A stretch of DNA of 64,000 nucleotides, from positions 4,914,735-4,978,734 of the forward strand of contig CM082592.2 in NCBI GenBank assembly GCA_040954595.2. The letters are read 5' to 3'. Shown here one piece after another: positions 12,901-28,012 of the stretch (position 1 is the stretch's first letter; every line of letters begins with the position of its first letter). Under the pieces are notes generated by a model, which had not been told where the DNA came from, searched no databases, and saw only the letters and a list, made by a program, of their open reading frames with translations. This stretch comes from Balanoglossus misakiensis (Eukaryota > Animalia > Hemichordata). The translations under genes and the position numbers were made by a program.

Positions 12901-15900
12901 TGATTCATATTCAGAACGATTATTCCTAAGGGCATACATTGTTCTTGGTGGTGATGGCAATCCACAGCAGAAATGAATTGTTGCACACTTCTAGTTCGAT
13001 CGGCCCAGCTGAGGTCAGTTTGGTCTGCATCAGTTACTGTTACTGTAAACATTGGGTGACTTGGTTACATACAGCAGAAATATATCGGACATTCTAATAC
13101 CAAGGAACATGTCCTTGCAAGGCAGTACATTGGTCATTAGGGGCGAACCATTTGATATCTGAGGGGGCGGATGGAGGAGACTTACCCAGGGACACTGTCA
13201 ATGACATCATCAGACACAGCAGCTGGTGCAGGACCGTTACCTTCAGGTCTCTTTGGTTTTGGAGCCACTGCTGGTGGGGCCTTCTTGGTGACTGTGGTCT
13301 GTGTCGTGGTTACAGTATGAGTCTGGGCACCTGTGACAAAAAGAAAATTGTCATTTTTACATCCTTCATGAAAAAATCAAGACAGATATTATGGTACTAC
13401 CATGGAGTTCTTTAAAATTAGAGAGCCATACAATATTTGCCAACAAATTCTCTGTGACAGCCAATATACCACAAAATTTTAATCACACATGCACTGATGA
13501 AAGACCTCAAACACTGAAATTATCTTCAATATGCCAACAGTTACAGCTCAGTGATAGTTTACAAACACTAGGCTACATGTTACAGAGTGTTTTGACAAGG
13601 TTTTGTAGGCTAAAAAACATCTAAATTCAGCACTTAGTGAACCAAAACTAAATTTATGGTGAGCCATTTTTCAGTCGGTCACTCATGCATCGGACATAAA
13701 CACCTCTGCCAGGTGAAATGTGACTCCCACCTATAAAATGTCCAATTCTTCATCTGAAGAAGGTGACTACATTAGTAGGGTAAAAAAAAAACATTTCCAC
13801 TTGCAGTCGTGGATATTTCTACTTCTCCAGGCCATTTGTGTCAGCCATTTTTGTGATTTATTCAAAGTACTGGTACTCTGTGAGTGGGGATGGGTAATCT
13901 TAATTCCAAAAGTATATTTGCAAGGCACTCTAGTAGCACCATTTGGAATTTCTGCAGCTGAGGTAAATTGCCTTTAAATCCAGTATGATGGCTGTTACCA
14001 CAATCCATAGCTGTTTTCCAGTCCCACAATGCATTGCCACAGAATACTACTGTACAGACAGAGCCATCAAGTTCACATTTTCATCATTTCTTTACAAACT
14101 CAGAGTACTACAGATATTATGAGCTGCATCACTGATGTAAAATATACTTTTTTGGTACATAATTCACTGTTTTTTTAAACACAGCACGCAATTTTTCAAA
14201 CGGCCGCTGCAGTGCACCCTGGAAGCGCCGGAAAAGCGGTCGGAACTTACCCTGGGGCGGTGGAGGCTGCGCAGCGTACTGGGCTGCCTGTAAATCTTCC
14301 AGCAGACTGTCCAACTCCGACAGGTTGCTGTTCAGTGTGCTCGACATGCTGGGCGAGGGCTGGTAGGTGGGCTTCGGGGGCCCTGCACGTGGGCTCTCGT
14401 GGGCGTAGTGTGAATGCACGGGAGACTGCTGCTGCGGCTGGTGGCTGGGCTGTGGCGCAGGCGCAGGCGCAGGCGGTGGTGGTGCCGGCGAGTGTTGCTG
14501 AGTTGGTTCGTAGATCGGCTGGTGTTGATAAGAGTGTTGGTGGTAGCCTGGCTGTGGATGAGGTTGAGGTTGAGGAGGCTTGGTGTAGGCCTGGGAAAGA
14601 TACCACAAAAGATTAAGTACATGTACATGAATATACACAACATGATCGAATAGACGTTACCATGGGACAAGTGGCTCGCCAGAGTTACTAATAATTGCAT
14701 GACAGTTTATTGAATATTTTTAGTTTCTCTTAAATTAATGTGCTTTTACTCGCTGCCTACGAATGTTATTCTCGAATCACAGTGGCTGTTCAATGTTGGC
14801 CCTTGGTGACTTATTTCACTTGATGTTACACACAGTATGTCCGACCAATGAAGGCACAAAATTCACCATCACCAATGGGATCATTACGGCAGTCTGGACA
14901 TGTCTGGCCGGCTTAACTTAATGACACTCAAATGAATCATTTGGGGGTAAATGCAGGTGATTGATTGCAGGTATGGAGCTGAAGAATCCACAGGAAGGAA
15001 TACGTGACGTCAATGGCTTCGTGACACGCAAGCAATGGACTTTTTTTTACATCACCTACTTTCTACGCATGGACAACTTTCACAATATTATAAGTACTGC
15101 ACTGTCAATTCTGGCGAAACATATAATGTAACTAACAGATCGTCTACATACAGAATTAGAACAGCCGCTGTGACACCTACATTTAGATGATTACACATTC
15201 AAGTACAGAACACTTACAAGCTAAGGTTTCAAATTTAATTTTATTGTGCCACCAGTGAATATCGGAGAGCAAATGGGAATGTTCAGAGTGACAAATGAGG
15301 AAGATTTGATTACGTGAATCTTTTTATCTTACCTGGCTTGTGATGAAATCACCGTTATGAACTAAAGGATGAGATGATGGTGAAGTGGGCGAGGGCGATG
15401 AGGACGCCTCGTTTTGTTGTGTGTGATAATGAGTCGTTACCGTGGAGCTTTTCACCTGTGGCTGAGAGTACGGCGAATGGTATTGGTGGTGGTGTTGGTG
15501 GTGGCCGGCTGAGTACGGCGCTGGCGCTACCTGCGGTTGCGGGGCTGCTGCAGCTGGCTGCGGCGGCGGTGGTGGAGGTCCCGTCTGCTTTTGCTGTTGT
15601 AGATGCGAGGTTGCTGACTGTAAGTCAGCTAGAAGGGCGTCTGTGTGAACAGAGAAGAAGGAAAATAAAATCTGATGAAAATCAATGTCAATGAGCAGGG
15701 TCAATGTGTGTGAATGAAACAGTTACACCATACTGATTATCGTCATAAGGAAAGAATAAATTAACGACTTCGTTCAAATCATCTACATGATACAGTACAC
15801 ATAGTTACATTGACCTCAATAACTTTTTACACTGTAGTATAAAAATTTCAACTTGGATTATCAGTATCTCCTTTGTATGCCCATATGTAGATCTTGAAAA

Positions 15901-18900
15901 GCAAAAGGGAATGAAAGTTTTATAAATCAGAGCCTCCTACACGGCTGTCTTGTCCTGTCATGTATTTATGGGCCGACAGGATGACTGAGAGGCGTGGCAT
16001 TTTGAGGTCACCGAGGTCAACTCAGCACAGGAAATGCCAGCCACACAAATCATACCAGAGCTATACTATACATGGTCACACACTTAAAAGTTTCAAACAG
16101 ATCCTTGCACTAATCTGTTACAGGATAACCCCATTTAAAGATAGTTTTAGAGTCGATGACTAAAGAATAATGAGCTGAATAATAATGAGCAACAGCTGAA
16201 TGTAATGCTGAATGTCAGAGGCCGTTGTCAAGGTGACCATGAACTTCACACACAAATACATGTACATTAGTCTGATATGTTCTCATGATACCTGAATACC
16301 ACACAAATCACTAAAGAGATACAAGATGGCAAATGGAACATTCCTCAACTGAAAATTGCAGATTCAGCATTTTAAGAAGTTGAATTTGCATTGTATTTGT
16401 AGTTGGGACTAACAAAACTAATGCTAAAATCTTAAAAGTGGTTTTCTCCCTTTGAAATCCAATGATAATTTTTGTGATCTTTGACCAAGTTTAAGTACAA
16501 AGGTTGGAACTGGGGCAGGGAGTTGAACTGGCATACATTTCTATAATTGCAAGCAGCTGTTCCCCCCCCCCCCCCCCCCCCCCAGAGAATTCACCAGGAT
16601 TTAGGACAACACAGTCACCAGGCTAAAGACCATATTTGCGTGCTGTTTCTTCGCTAAGGTGACACTGCATGTCAAAGGTCGTGCATACAGCCCTGATTCG
16701 GCTGCATGGCTGTTCTGCATCATAATGTACACAAAGTCGTGCCACAGCTGAAAATTTATATTGTCTGGGGACCGGGTTTACAGAACTCGCTGTGTTTGAC
16801 ATGCTAGAGCAACCAACGTCTGTTCAGTCGGCCATACGTGCATATTTACATGTCTGCTATAAGTCAGAGTAAAAAAAAGTCGTTCCATTGAAAAGTTGTC
16901 TGGAGTACACTGTAGGCCTTGAGTTTGAAGTACACCGCGAATAATCCCTTTGTATCTAAGCGAAATCTGTCTTGGCTCCAAGAACGCATCCCTTTTTGTT
17001 CAAGAACATTAATTTGTTCTGGGGAGCCGTAAAATCCTTCTCGACTTAAACTTCAAATCTTCCGGCATGAAAGAGCCATTGTACCGGCATCAAGTTTAAA
17101 AGTCACAGCCTCACTGACAGCCATTGTGTCGGGGTAACCGAATTTTTTTTTGCCTAATCCAATTCAAGGCTTTTCCAGGGACACTTTTTCATGGTTCACA
17201 CACGATCACTACTGGGCTCCAGCATCTCTCGTTTCATTGTCCGGGGCTCAGGATTCAATCAGAGAGATCTTAGGAGATTCTAAACTATCGGAGTACACGT
17301 CTGTTGTTTGTAAGGACACTTCTGTTGTGACCGAAAACTATTTATTCGCCGTTCAAGGATGGGATTACTTGAGTATACAAAGGGGGCTGCTTCATCGTTT
17401 TGCGGGTGTGTTGTACCAGACAATCAGGCAGTTGAAGACGCAAGTTTTTTGGGGAAACCGAGATCACAGTCAGAGAGTGATTTTCAGTGACTTGGGTGTA
17501 CGTGTAGAATCTGAAATGGAACTGCCAATCACGAGGTGACAGGCGGCGCTCAAAACCAATCAAAAGTCTTGTTTCTTGTGATGACAGACTGGCATCCAGG
17601 GTTGACGCTGGACAGTCTGTTTGCAGAGTTTGGGGGATGGGGTCGGGTGGTAAATAAATATTCTCATTGCGGGTATTATGTTTTAAAGCGTCTGAATTTG
17701 GCAGTTCTCATGGACACATGTACATTTATAAACAAATGTAATCATTAAGTTCAACCAGGTGTGCTATGAGTATGAAAAGCCAAATGAAGAAGGATGAAAG
17801 GATGCCATGATCATCACGGAAGAATCCCACTAATAAAGAATAATTATAATCTCCCAAATCTACGAATCACAAATAACGAAAAGCAGAGTTAAACGTTAAC
17901 GAACTCTGACTTTGAAAAAAAACTGTTCACTTTTACACTGCTACATACCAACACAGCATGCCCTGAGCAAAGGTCGCGACCTTTAATGATCCCGCTTTGT
18001 TAAAAATACCAGATGATGGCCTTTTAGGAGAGCTGTACTTGTGGGAATTGGCCCTTCCCCCCTGCCAGCCACTGTAGAATGACCTAGACTGACCTGTTAC
18101 TGTGACCCTGAAACACTGTTCCTGATTGGTTTATTAGGTTATCACACATTTTATAATAGTCAGTATGGACTGGGATGGGGGGTATGGGAGGCTGGAAGTT
18201 TGTCAACATGTACAATTTATGATTTTTTTTTAGGTTTCTGTTCATAACTGTACAAGTGGGTTAGGTAGAGTAATTAGACTATCATGAAATGCCATCAGGA
18301 GCAACCACAGATATTTATGTACAAGAACTAAAATTTACATGTGAAATTGTTTCAAACAAGTGCAATTACACTAGTTGTACATAGAATGCAAAGTGCTATT
18401 TCTAGTGGTTTTGGTAAATATGACTCTGTGGTAATAATTCAGCTGCATGCAGAGGGTCAGATAATAGGCTATGGCTGCATTAGAATCCACCCAATATAAC
18501 TGAGTGACGCCGATAACAGTTGATAGTCAGTACAAATGTCCGCCGACCATCTCCAATGTTTCAACACTTTCACTCGGACTATTTTCAGCAGCTCTTCACA
18601 AAACCATCTTCGACCAGTGCAATCCAAAGTGCAATCCATTTGGGACCGCAGCGCTCAATCACCACGTCACATCAGTGGGATATAGTACGACTAGGCATTT
18701 GTAGATGGGTTTGAAAGGTCAAGATAAACAGCTATAAGTATAAGACTTCGCGTTTAGATAAAATGCATTTAATACTAGGTCGGAAAGAAACGCCGTACGG
18801 TCAAGCAACACTGCGAAACTGTACTGCTTTTTCGCACAATGTGACTTTGCATCATTCAATGTCCTCCAATATTCAGTTTGACATTCACCCTTGACCTTCA

Positions 18901-21900
18901 ACTGCATCATTCATCAAGACGCCAATTTTCACGAAATTTGAAATTCACGGACAGTGGTCTCTACACAACTAATTTCACTTTCTTCACTACCACGATAAAG
19001 TTGTCCACTGAAAGCAAATCTCATTGTATCCAATGGAACCTTGCCCTGGAATGTTACACAGGCACTGGGCTATCAGACAGCCGTTTAATTTTATGAGCGA
19101 ACATTTCATACCGAGAGAGAATTTCAACTCTGATAAACGAATCGATCTGTGCCCTGAATGATTGACATGATAAATTCCTCGTCACCAAATACACGTGTAA
19201 GTTGTCATGCTGGGTATTATAATGAAACTTAAATGTTTGGGTTCATAACTTTTCCAATCTGGAATAATCATATGTAGTGACAACATTGATGGATATGAAA
19301 GTCAGGATATTACAATGTATAATTGTATACATGTACCACACTCTTGTTTAACTTAAAACAAAGATTGTTTCAGGCATGGCCAGGATGTGACAGAGAACAC
19401 CAGAAGTATTACAACATCCTTCCTGTTCTGAGGGTGAGGGACCTTGTTTGAGTATGGTTATCTTTGATTATACTGCAAAACAAAGTGACCTACCATGTAA
19501 ATGTACTAAACTGTCGAATGTGAATCTAGCTCAGCTTCAGTATTAATTTAAACATGAAATTTTTTGAACACCTGGTCAACGTCCAAACCATACGAGTAAG
19601 ATTCCAATACCTATCAATCAGGCAGACAGCGTGTTGTATGTATGTAGCAACTTGTAAAAATGTAAGGAGATTCAAGTATTACAAACGAAACCTCGCTATA
19701 CATGGAGATGATTTGTGGTGTGTAAATTATAAGGTTCCCTGGGGGAAAAATAAACAGTCAAATTCATGAGATTACAAATCACAAAACTTCTCACTGTGTT
19801 TATATTATACTCTCACATTCCCGGACGAATGCGCCTAGAATTCGTTGGCTGACCTAAAATCCCAACCACCCTCGACTTCTTGCATGGCATCGCAGGAGAG
19901 TTAGTCTAGTGCCGTATTTTGTCCGCTATGCTTCCAAAATTCTTTAATTTACGATCCTGCAATGCAATTTTTAAATGACATTGGTAATGCCTTACTCTGA
20001 TTGGATGATGAGAAATTGCCCTAATTCTCCCTGGGGCAATATGAAGAGGTCAAATGCCGTTTCTCACTAAATAAACAAATTCCTGCTAGAATTCTCTCTA
20101 CATTTACAGTCTGCTTCACTTTTCAGGTACTTGTTCTGAACTATAACTTTAGTTTGTCTCCTAAAATTGATAAAAATTAAAAAAATATCTCTATATGACA
20201 TATGAGTTAATCCTATTTTGAAACAACAAAGTATGTAGGGGGGGGGGGGCTTCAAAAAACGTGCCACACACACACTCACACAAGATTACTTTTTTCTACT
20301 AAAAGACAACATCAGACAGGTCTGGCCTGCTCCAATAATTTTATACGCTCAAACAAGTTTCAAGTGTCTGTCGCCAGACTCCTTCACAGGACCCTATAGA
20401 GGAACACCCCTGACCCAGAACCTCACCCAAATTAAAACTTGGAAACTTTACACCAGAAAGCATCGGGACCACAATGGCTAGCGTTTCTCCCCCATAAATG
20501 AGGCCATTCTTTTCCAGCAAATTGAAAACCCCCCCTTTTTGTGAAAAGACCAACTTCTGAATAATATTTCCTGTGTGTCGTACGATCGAGTGTCGAGATG
20601 TAGAAAGTCTGGGAAATGAGACAGACAGAGGGGACGCATCACCCACGACTGAACCAACCTATGCTGATGTCATCAAAATGAGCTGCTCCTTAATGGTTCA
20701 AGGCGATAAAACGCTAGACTGATGACTGCAATGTCATGGGTTCAGAATGCAAACTAAGTAACCGCTGACTAACTCGACAATACTCTAGTGACTTTCCTGA
20801 GACGACTGCTGATTTTTTTTTCTTCGATGCTGACACCAGACTGGAGACTTTTCCCCCAAACGCTGTAAACAGGCCTCCAAGAAATTTATTAAACAGACTC
20901 AGGGTACCCACAAGATTTATCGCAATATCGCTTCCACACATTATGGGATGAAACTGAACTGCTGGAATGCTGTCTTGACATACCAGGGAGACGACGGCCC
21001 TCAATACGAGAACCGAGCCCAGCGATAAGCTAAACACACCCTGGGTTGAGGACGTGGCTGTAGTTGTGGACCGACAAACAGGGGCGGTTTCACCGCTCGC
21101 GTTAATTCGGCAACTTTCGATTTTTAGAAACCTCTAGTTCAATAAACAGCATCTGGCACGTACACGTCTGGCCGTAAAGAAATCACATCACGTCGGTCTC
21201 AAGTCATAAACACGCAGTTGTACATTGTAAATGCACAGTGGCACAAGCCCGTCTGAGGAGTAAAACCAGGCCCCCACCTACAGGAATTCTGATGTCAAAC
21301 CTGGCCACTATATGCTGGTGTACAGAGCAATGAGAACAGGGAATAAAAATTAGGGCAAGTATGCGAAGCGCCTGTACATCTGTTCAGCAGCTCAACCATG
21401 GAGAGTCCACTAGCATGAGATTGAGTACACACAGTGTCCTAGCTACAATCCTTGGGATAGATCTTCTGAGGTCTTTCACACTGTCAGTTTCTACCAGGAG
21501 CAGAAGAGTAGATTTGCATGTTCCTTCCCAACAAAACAAACACTAGAATCTGTGCTACACGGTGTGTCTACCTACCGGAATGGAAGAGTTGGGTCCGTCT
21601 CTCAGAGTCCGGAGAGCTCAGGAAAAAAATAATTTACAAGGCAGAGCAGAAAAATCACACCCAATATGGCTTCTCCGAGTACCACTAAGTTGAATGAGCA
21701 AGGGGGGACGATCACTTATATCCGGCAGACCCAGGACACCCCTACACTTGGATGTAAACTGCCAACTACAGGAAGTGCACAATGACTTTTACATTTAACC
21801 TCTCAGGCCGGCCACAGCAATTCAGTCGCCAGGAATGCAATCGGTGGTGGAAACGCACACAGACTACCGTCAGGGGCACCGGTTCTCTGACCTGGTGGGT

Positions 21901-24900
21901 GAGGGGAGTTACCGCGCGACTGTGGCACCCCCTGTGCGCACTGAAATGCCTGTAATTTTATCCCCCTGGCTAGTAGCTGTGATAACATGGGGCATTCCAC
22001 TGGGTGAGCCTTGTGATGACTAAAAGGAAGAAATGACACGGTCAGTGGAGGTTTTTACATTCACCGCAGTGATATGCCGGGCACAGCAAAATGGGATCAA
22101 CCTTCTAAGCATCCGCATCCATATATTCTTCCCACATCAGTTTCAAGTACACAATGTTGTATCACGTAGTTTGTGATCATATAATCATAAGCCTTACTAG
22201 CAATGCATTCCTTCAAAACTCAGTCTTGAGTACATCAGGAATACTTAGCAAATTGATGGTCCTCAATCATGATTAATTTTTCATAGGTCAACAAATTTTC
22301 CAAAAACATTTCACTTTGATGATAATCCTTGACAATAAACCAAACCATAGTTGAAAGATGAGGATACCATTTTCATCGCATAAGTACTTCAGGACATGTC
22401 CCAAGAGAAAACATATTGGAATTCTTGAAGTTGTAGATTGGCAATTAAATTCTCCAGATTTCTAAACAATATCATTATATCTCCTCACAAACAACAAAAC
22501 CATACTGAAAGTGTTGGTCATTTTTACTGGGTTCACAATTTTACCTATGAACTTTTAAGTGCTGGATCTGGGTAACAGTCTATATTACACTTTAAATATT
22601 TGTTATTAGAAAAAAATGAATTCACACATCTGGAGATATATAAACCATGTTGTCTTTTCAAGCTCCCAGTGAGTGAGTCTCTCCAGCCATCGCGGATCTG
22701 GGAGTGGTGGTTAGTTATTAATATTCATAAAATAATTTTAATATTCATGAGGTACTTCTGTCCATGCTGTTTTCTGTGAAACGAAAACTAAGAGAATGTG
22801 CCTGGAATGCAAACAGTTGTGAAAACAAAGGAATAATTTAACATTGATGTATTCAATAATTTATACCATAAACACAGGCTTTGATTCATGAGAACTAAAC
22901 ATAAAGGGATCAGTTGCCTATGATTTCTCCCATGAAAGTGAAACTGCATAAAAACATCCACGACCATGTGCTCGTTCATGCTTCCTCAGAAGAACAGACA
23001 CTGGTCAACAGAAACATACATGTACACACAAGAAAGAAACGATGATACAGACATCAAAGAATTACAATAATTCCTACACAGTAAGATGATCTATGTGCGC
23101 CCTGCAATAACTTTTATGGCGATTTCACGACTGAAAAGTTACACACACTCAGTTAAACTCTGATTGAAAATCATGCGGGCAATATAAAATCTAACAATCT
23201 CAAATGGTGTCAATACAGGCATTGCTGAAGAGTTCTGATCACACACGGTGAGTCATACATCGACGGTCATAAAAATTCACAGTTTTTTTCTCTTATTCCT
23301 GGCCAGAACACTTAGTACTTAATTAATGACAAACAACCTAATAACCTTGTGATATTGAAAAAATCTTACAATTTCCCGTCCATTAATTTTTCTACAGATG
23401 AGCCTCTGCTTGTTTGAGAGTCACCACTGTGGATGAAATAATTTGCTTTCTCCATTAATGAATTCCGCGTTATGAATACTAATTCTTCACGAGTATTTTA
23501 ATACCATTACCTCGAAGGTGACAGCATTACTTGTGCTATGATTGATGGTTTATAGAGAGAGATGCATTATGGGACAGGATAATCTTTAGCGAGCATCAAA
23601 TCAATTGCAGGCACTCTTATATACCGGATTTCTCTAACAGAAATTGGGGAAAAAACTCCCCTTTTAGATTTCTATTTCTTCAACCCAACTTTACATGTAT
23701 GTTTAAAACTGACATTCATGGAAATGGTAGATTTGAATACAAAAGAACTCCCATGGTGAAAATGGCAGTCACCATTACCCCCTCGCAGATCAATCAATCA
23801 CCGAATCTAATCCTTTACAAGTCCAGTGATTGGCAGTGAGAATTCTGCAATTATTTTCAAAGATGCTGCTCTGCCCCGGCCGTGTAATTGGTCACATGGG
23901 GACCATGTGTCTAAAATTACCTTCCTCCGCCAATTTAATTCAAATTAACCCCCCTCTCCTTGCAAGGATAAGTTGCTAATTTACAGAAGAAACACAGACA
24001 TTAACCCTAATTTCATTTCTTCGCTTGGTCCGTCATGCGCTGATACAAAGAGAGGATAAATACTGTTTCAGACAGTGTTGAATAATTTGTTGATGTCTGG
24101 AAAGCTTTCGTCATTCATTACACTAAAATGAACTCTGTGCATCTTTAGTCTGGAACTGGACGTCAGTCCTTGAGACTTTTGACACTGTCATCTAGCCTGA
24201 AATAATATGTATGTTACACATATCGTAACAGAGGGTGTTTCTTAACTTTGTTTCTCATGATCTGATTGGCACTTATTGTTGGCTCTCACCTCTGCAGAAA
24301 ATATAATTTTTTTAAGTGCGAGCAGCCCTAATGTCTGTGCCTCATTATGCTCTCTATGGTCAAATCCGGCTTGCGTGTGATGTCACTGAACATCCTAACA
24401 TCATTCTGACCACATGCTGCAGTTCCGAGCTAGGGTTCTACATCAGCAAGAATTGATCTTCCAAGTTCCAATGAAGCTGTGTTTCATACTAAAGTTGCAT
24501 AGTTTAGTTTGATGTACTATTTCCCCACCCCCCTATTTTTCAACTTTTTCTGGCCAACCAACCCCTCTTGCAACAAGTCTGACGATCAGAAACAAAATAA
24601 CAGTTGCACTAATTGTCATTCTTTTGATATTGATCTCAGAGCGTGATCCGTAATTGGCAAGACTTTACAATGACAGTCAAGGCCGAACTGTATTGTGAAA
24701 TTTTAACTAATGGCCCACTAATTTGACCAAAGTACACGACCACAGTTGAGATCATTTGACATAACCACATGCACTGGCGTTCACTCAACTGCTGGCTCGT
24801 ATTGTGGCTCTGATTTCACCTCGTGAACTTTGCGCGAGGCCGCGATGACTTCGCGGGAGTGTTGAGAGTTGGGGCGAGTTAATTCTGTCCGTGTTAGTGG

Positions 24901-27860
24901 GCGCTAGACATTCCACCACTCTTGAGACCACTTGTGCGGGAATGGGAGATAGAAAGCAACTGTTTTCAACGAAGGTTAGATCGATTTTGCGACGCTATCT
25001 CGCAGATGTTTCAAAGCGAGGATAACGGAGGCCAGCTTTTCGATCTTCAGTAGAAAATATGACGTGGGGTTCATTCAATCAAAATTTGAAACATAATAAT
25101 TTTCATATTCAAATACGAAACTGTGAGTCTTTAAATTCTGGATTCCACTATACACACACAGGCTACTGGTCAGTGTTAAAACAGACCGCCTACGTTTTCA
25201 ATCAAGGTGTGCTCGTTAGCATGTACGTGTCCAGTGGATGATTACAAACAGGCTCGGACGCACAAATGTTTTTCTCGTACCAAACAAAGATAAAGTTCAA
25301 GGTGACAAGGACGTACACGCAGTGCACCGCATAAAAATCTTCAGAGAAAATGCAATTGGGAGGATTTGCCGATTTTAAAGCGGAATTTTTAACTGCGGGA
25401 CGCTTTCATTTGAAGCCTATCACCATTTCAAATTGATTGAGGACTGACCACTTTCTAAATCCTTCAGCTTGTCAAACAGACAACTGTGATATACACTAAA
25501 ACAAATACGCTCACAGAATATTAACCGCTCTGAAATTTATCTGTGAATGAAATTACGCGGTTTCAAAGAAATGCTGGCTTGTATAAAACATGTTAGCTAT
25601 TATTGTTATAGCAAGTGATACAAAAGATTACCTAACTATGGTTGTTTTTTATCAAAGAAATGAAAATAAATACCATAATAATAACCGTACTCTTTTCTGT
25701 TGTCACTGTCAGCAGATAATTCATGTCCACACATAAAATCCAACTTACTTCCCTTAAAACATGGCATGTCTATTGACAGTCTACACGAACAGACTACCCA
25801 CACACAGCCTATAGCAGACGACAACAAATCAAAGTAAACACAGCACGTACATGTAACCACCAGTAATTTTACTTGTACGGATTATGCAGTAGTCGTAGTC
25901 AATAACAGGACGCTTGAGTGAGCCAGTGGGTTGGTGAACCACATCACGGCATTGTGTACAGTCAACAGTTCCAGATCAATTACTTTGGACGTATCATATC
26001 GCCCCGTCACAAAACAAAACCAAATCCCGCAAATGAAGCAAATCAAGTGGGCAGACAATGGGCTGGCTCTCAGAGGGATTTGTCCTGGCAGAATTTGTTT
26101 TTTATGTTAAAAGGAAAACAATCATCTGTGGCTGTTACTGCTACAGGCTATAAGATACTTTGCTAGGTAGTCACATTTTATCACATTTTCACACTACTTT
26201 GATATAACGTGTATATCTGTAGGTTGGTGTTGTTTTCCTGAGGCTGAACTTTGAGAACAATGCCAAGGACATTGTGTTTATTATTATTAACAGACAATAT
26301 TTTTGCACATGTGCAGTTCAGAAGAATGCTTCCCTTTAAACTGTCTGTTCTCATGAAATTTCCTACGAGCAAAATACAGGGATACAGAACCATTCATTCA
26401 GATATCCTTATATGTCAAAGGTCATTTTAATTTTTAAACTGAACAGAAAACTGAGAAGTGGAACTCGGAATTTGCGTCAAAATTATATGATTATTTTGGT
26501 AAAAATTTGCCAAATACTGCTGACCTGGCTTTTACAAGCAGGAATCTGATGAACTCATTTTCTTCACATTCTTTTCAGGCACAATACCTGATAGATGCTG
26601 CATTCCAACGTATGCAAACATACGCATTGTTTTTCCTTCCTGTTTTTCAAAGTTTGTCTGGCACGCATGTTTGTCAGAACTCCACAACAGTTTGCCAGTA
26701 ACCTTTTACTGCAGGGAAACCAATCATTTATAAATCACACGAAAGGACTTCCCAGTCCAGTGTCATAGAATGGTGTTTCGCTCTGACTGTTTGTGGACAA
26801 CTTGGGTCTAAAGGGACAATTTCTCAACATTTATACACACAAATTTGTATAATTTCCAACTGAAATCCACTTCTTGGTACTAAAAATGTTGATATCGCAA
26901 TGGTTCAAAATAATAGTCTTCCTGGCAGACGGGGGGGGGAATAAATCGTAAATCATTTTTATGGGAAGTATCTTACCAAGTAAAGCGCTATTCTTATATG
27001 TAATGTAAGTCTTTATGAAGCCATAAAATATTCCTTGGTGCAAAGTTGGCAGAAAGTCAGGAAATATTCTGTCAAATACACACTTGGAGAAAACCTACTA
27101 CAGTACGATAAATGCAATGCAAAACAGGTGGTTATAGCTGGACTCTACAAATTGAGACTGTCCAGGGATTCTGAATAAAATTTCGTACACAAAATTTCTT
27201 CTGCTGAACTCTAAGACTGTCATAACTACTTGGATAGTGTCGAGAAGACACGCCTCCTCTCCCCTCCCCCTCCTCTCTGCGATGCTTTTGTTGACTTTAG
27301 GATGAGATTTCAGTCAGCTACTGATCAGTGAGTTAGTGTCCACCACCCCTCTCAAAAGAATCGGTCATGAATTTTAAAGGCGCATGCAAATTGTCACTGG
27401 ACCTGGAATGCTTGTGGTCAACAACCTAGACAACAATACGACCACAGTGCATTCTGGACACCTATTTATTTTGACACACCTTTGTACATGTTTTCTGTAC
27501 CACAGCACGTAAATACACGGTGCTGCTGGCGAAATTCAATATGGCTGACCGTCCCCGTTCGTACCCACTAGGGGGAAAGTCGTCGCCCAGCAAGCGCACG
27601 CTGCGACATCTGAGATCAGTTTTCGCGGCTACTTGGGCGGTTCACGGGTCAGCCACCGAGCCAACCGACCACGCGAGCCTTGTTAGTGCCCGGAATGCGA
27701 GTGACACTTTCAGCGTACCCTGCCCCGCTGATTGAGAAGACGACCCCGTGTTGGCATTCATCATGATCGCGTACACAATCGATCAGACTTCCCGTGACTG
27801 GGGAAACACATCAGCAAGCTACAATAATCAAAAGAAACACGCCTTACCTAAATCGTCCAT
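9998..27860 (-). CDS. PXN: Paxillin (paxillin/leupaxin/Hic-5 family), 9 coding exons
   Basis: Exons: 27848-27860 (ATGGACGATTTAG|gtaag), 15333-15640, 14251-14590, 13186-13330, 12683-12869, 11914-12165, 11345-11518, 10737-10967 and 9998-10264. LD motifs are [38 protein letters not shown] and [11 protein letters not shown]. Four C-terminal LIM domains end in [12 protein letters not shown]. Confidence 0.95.
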
Positions 27861-27919
27861 GACTGTCTCTTAGCTTAGCTCCACAACACTGCGAACTTAC
27901 AAGGTGATCGAAAGCCAAG

Positions 27920-28012
27920 CCTCTTTATATATAACACAGACCGGGAACTGCAGACAAGGTACGGATGCGCGTGAAATAGATTGGTGCACACCCTTAACGC
28001 GAAGTCACGTGA
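27920..28012 (-). promoter_or_regulatory. Putative paxillin core promoter (TATA, CCAAT, E-box)
   Basis: Minus-strand TATATAAAG at ~27923-27931, CCAAT (gattgg on +) at ~27979 and the palindromic TCACGTGA at ~28005-28012 lie just upstream of the first coding exon, in a CpG-richer patch. Confidence 0.5.

Noticed and set aside
16562-16583. Long poly-C/G runs (also ~32676, ~43526, ~51618)
   Set aside because: These are simple homopolymers common in such genomes, and their lengths are prone to assembly error.
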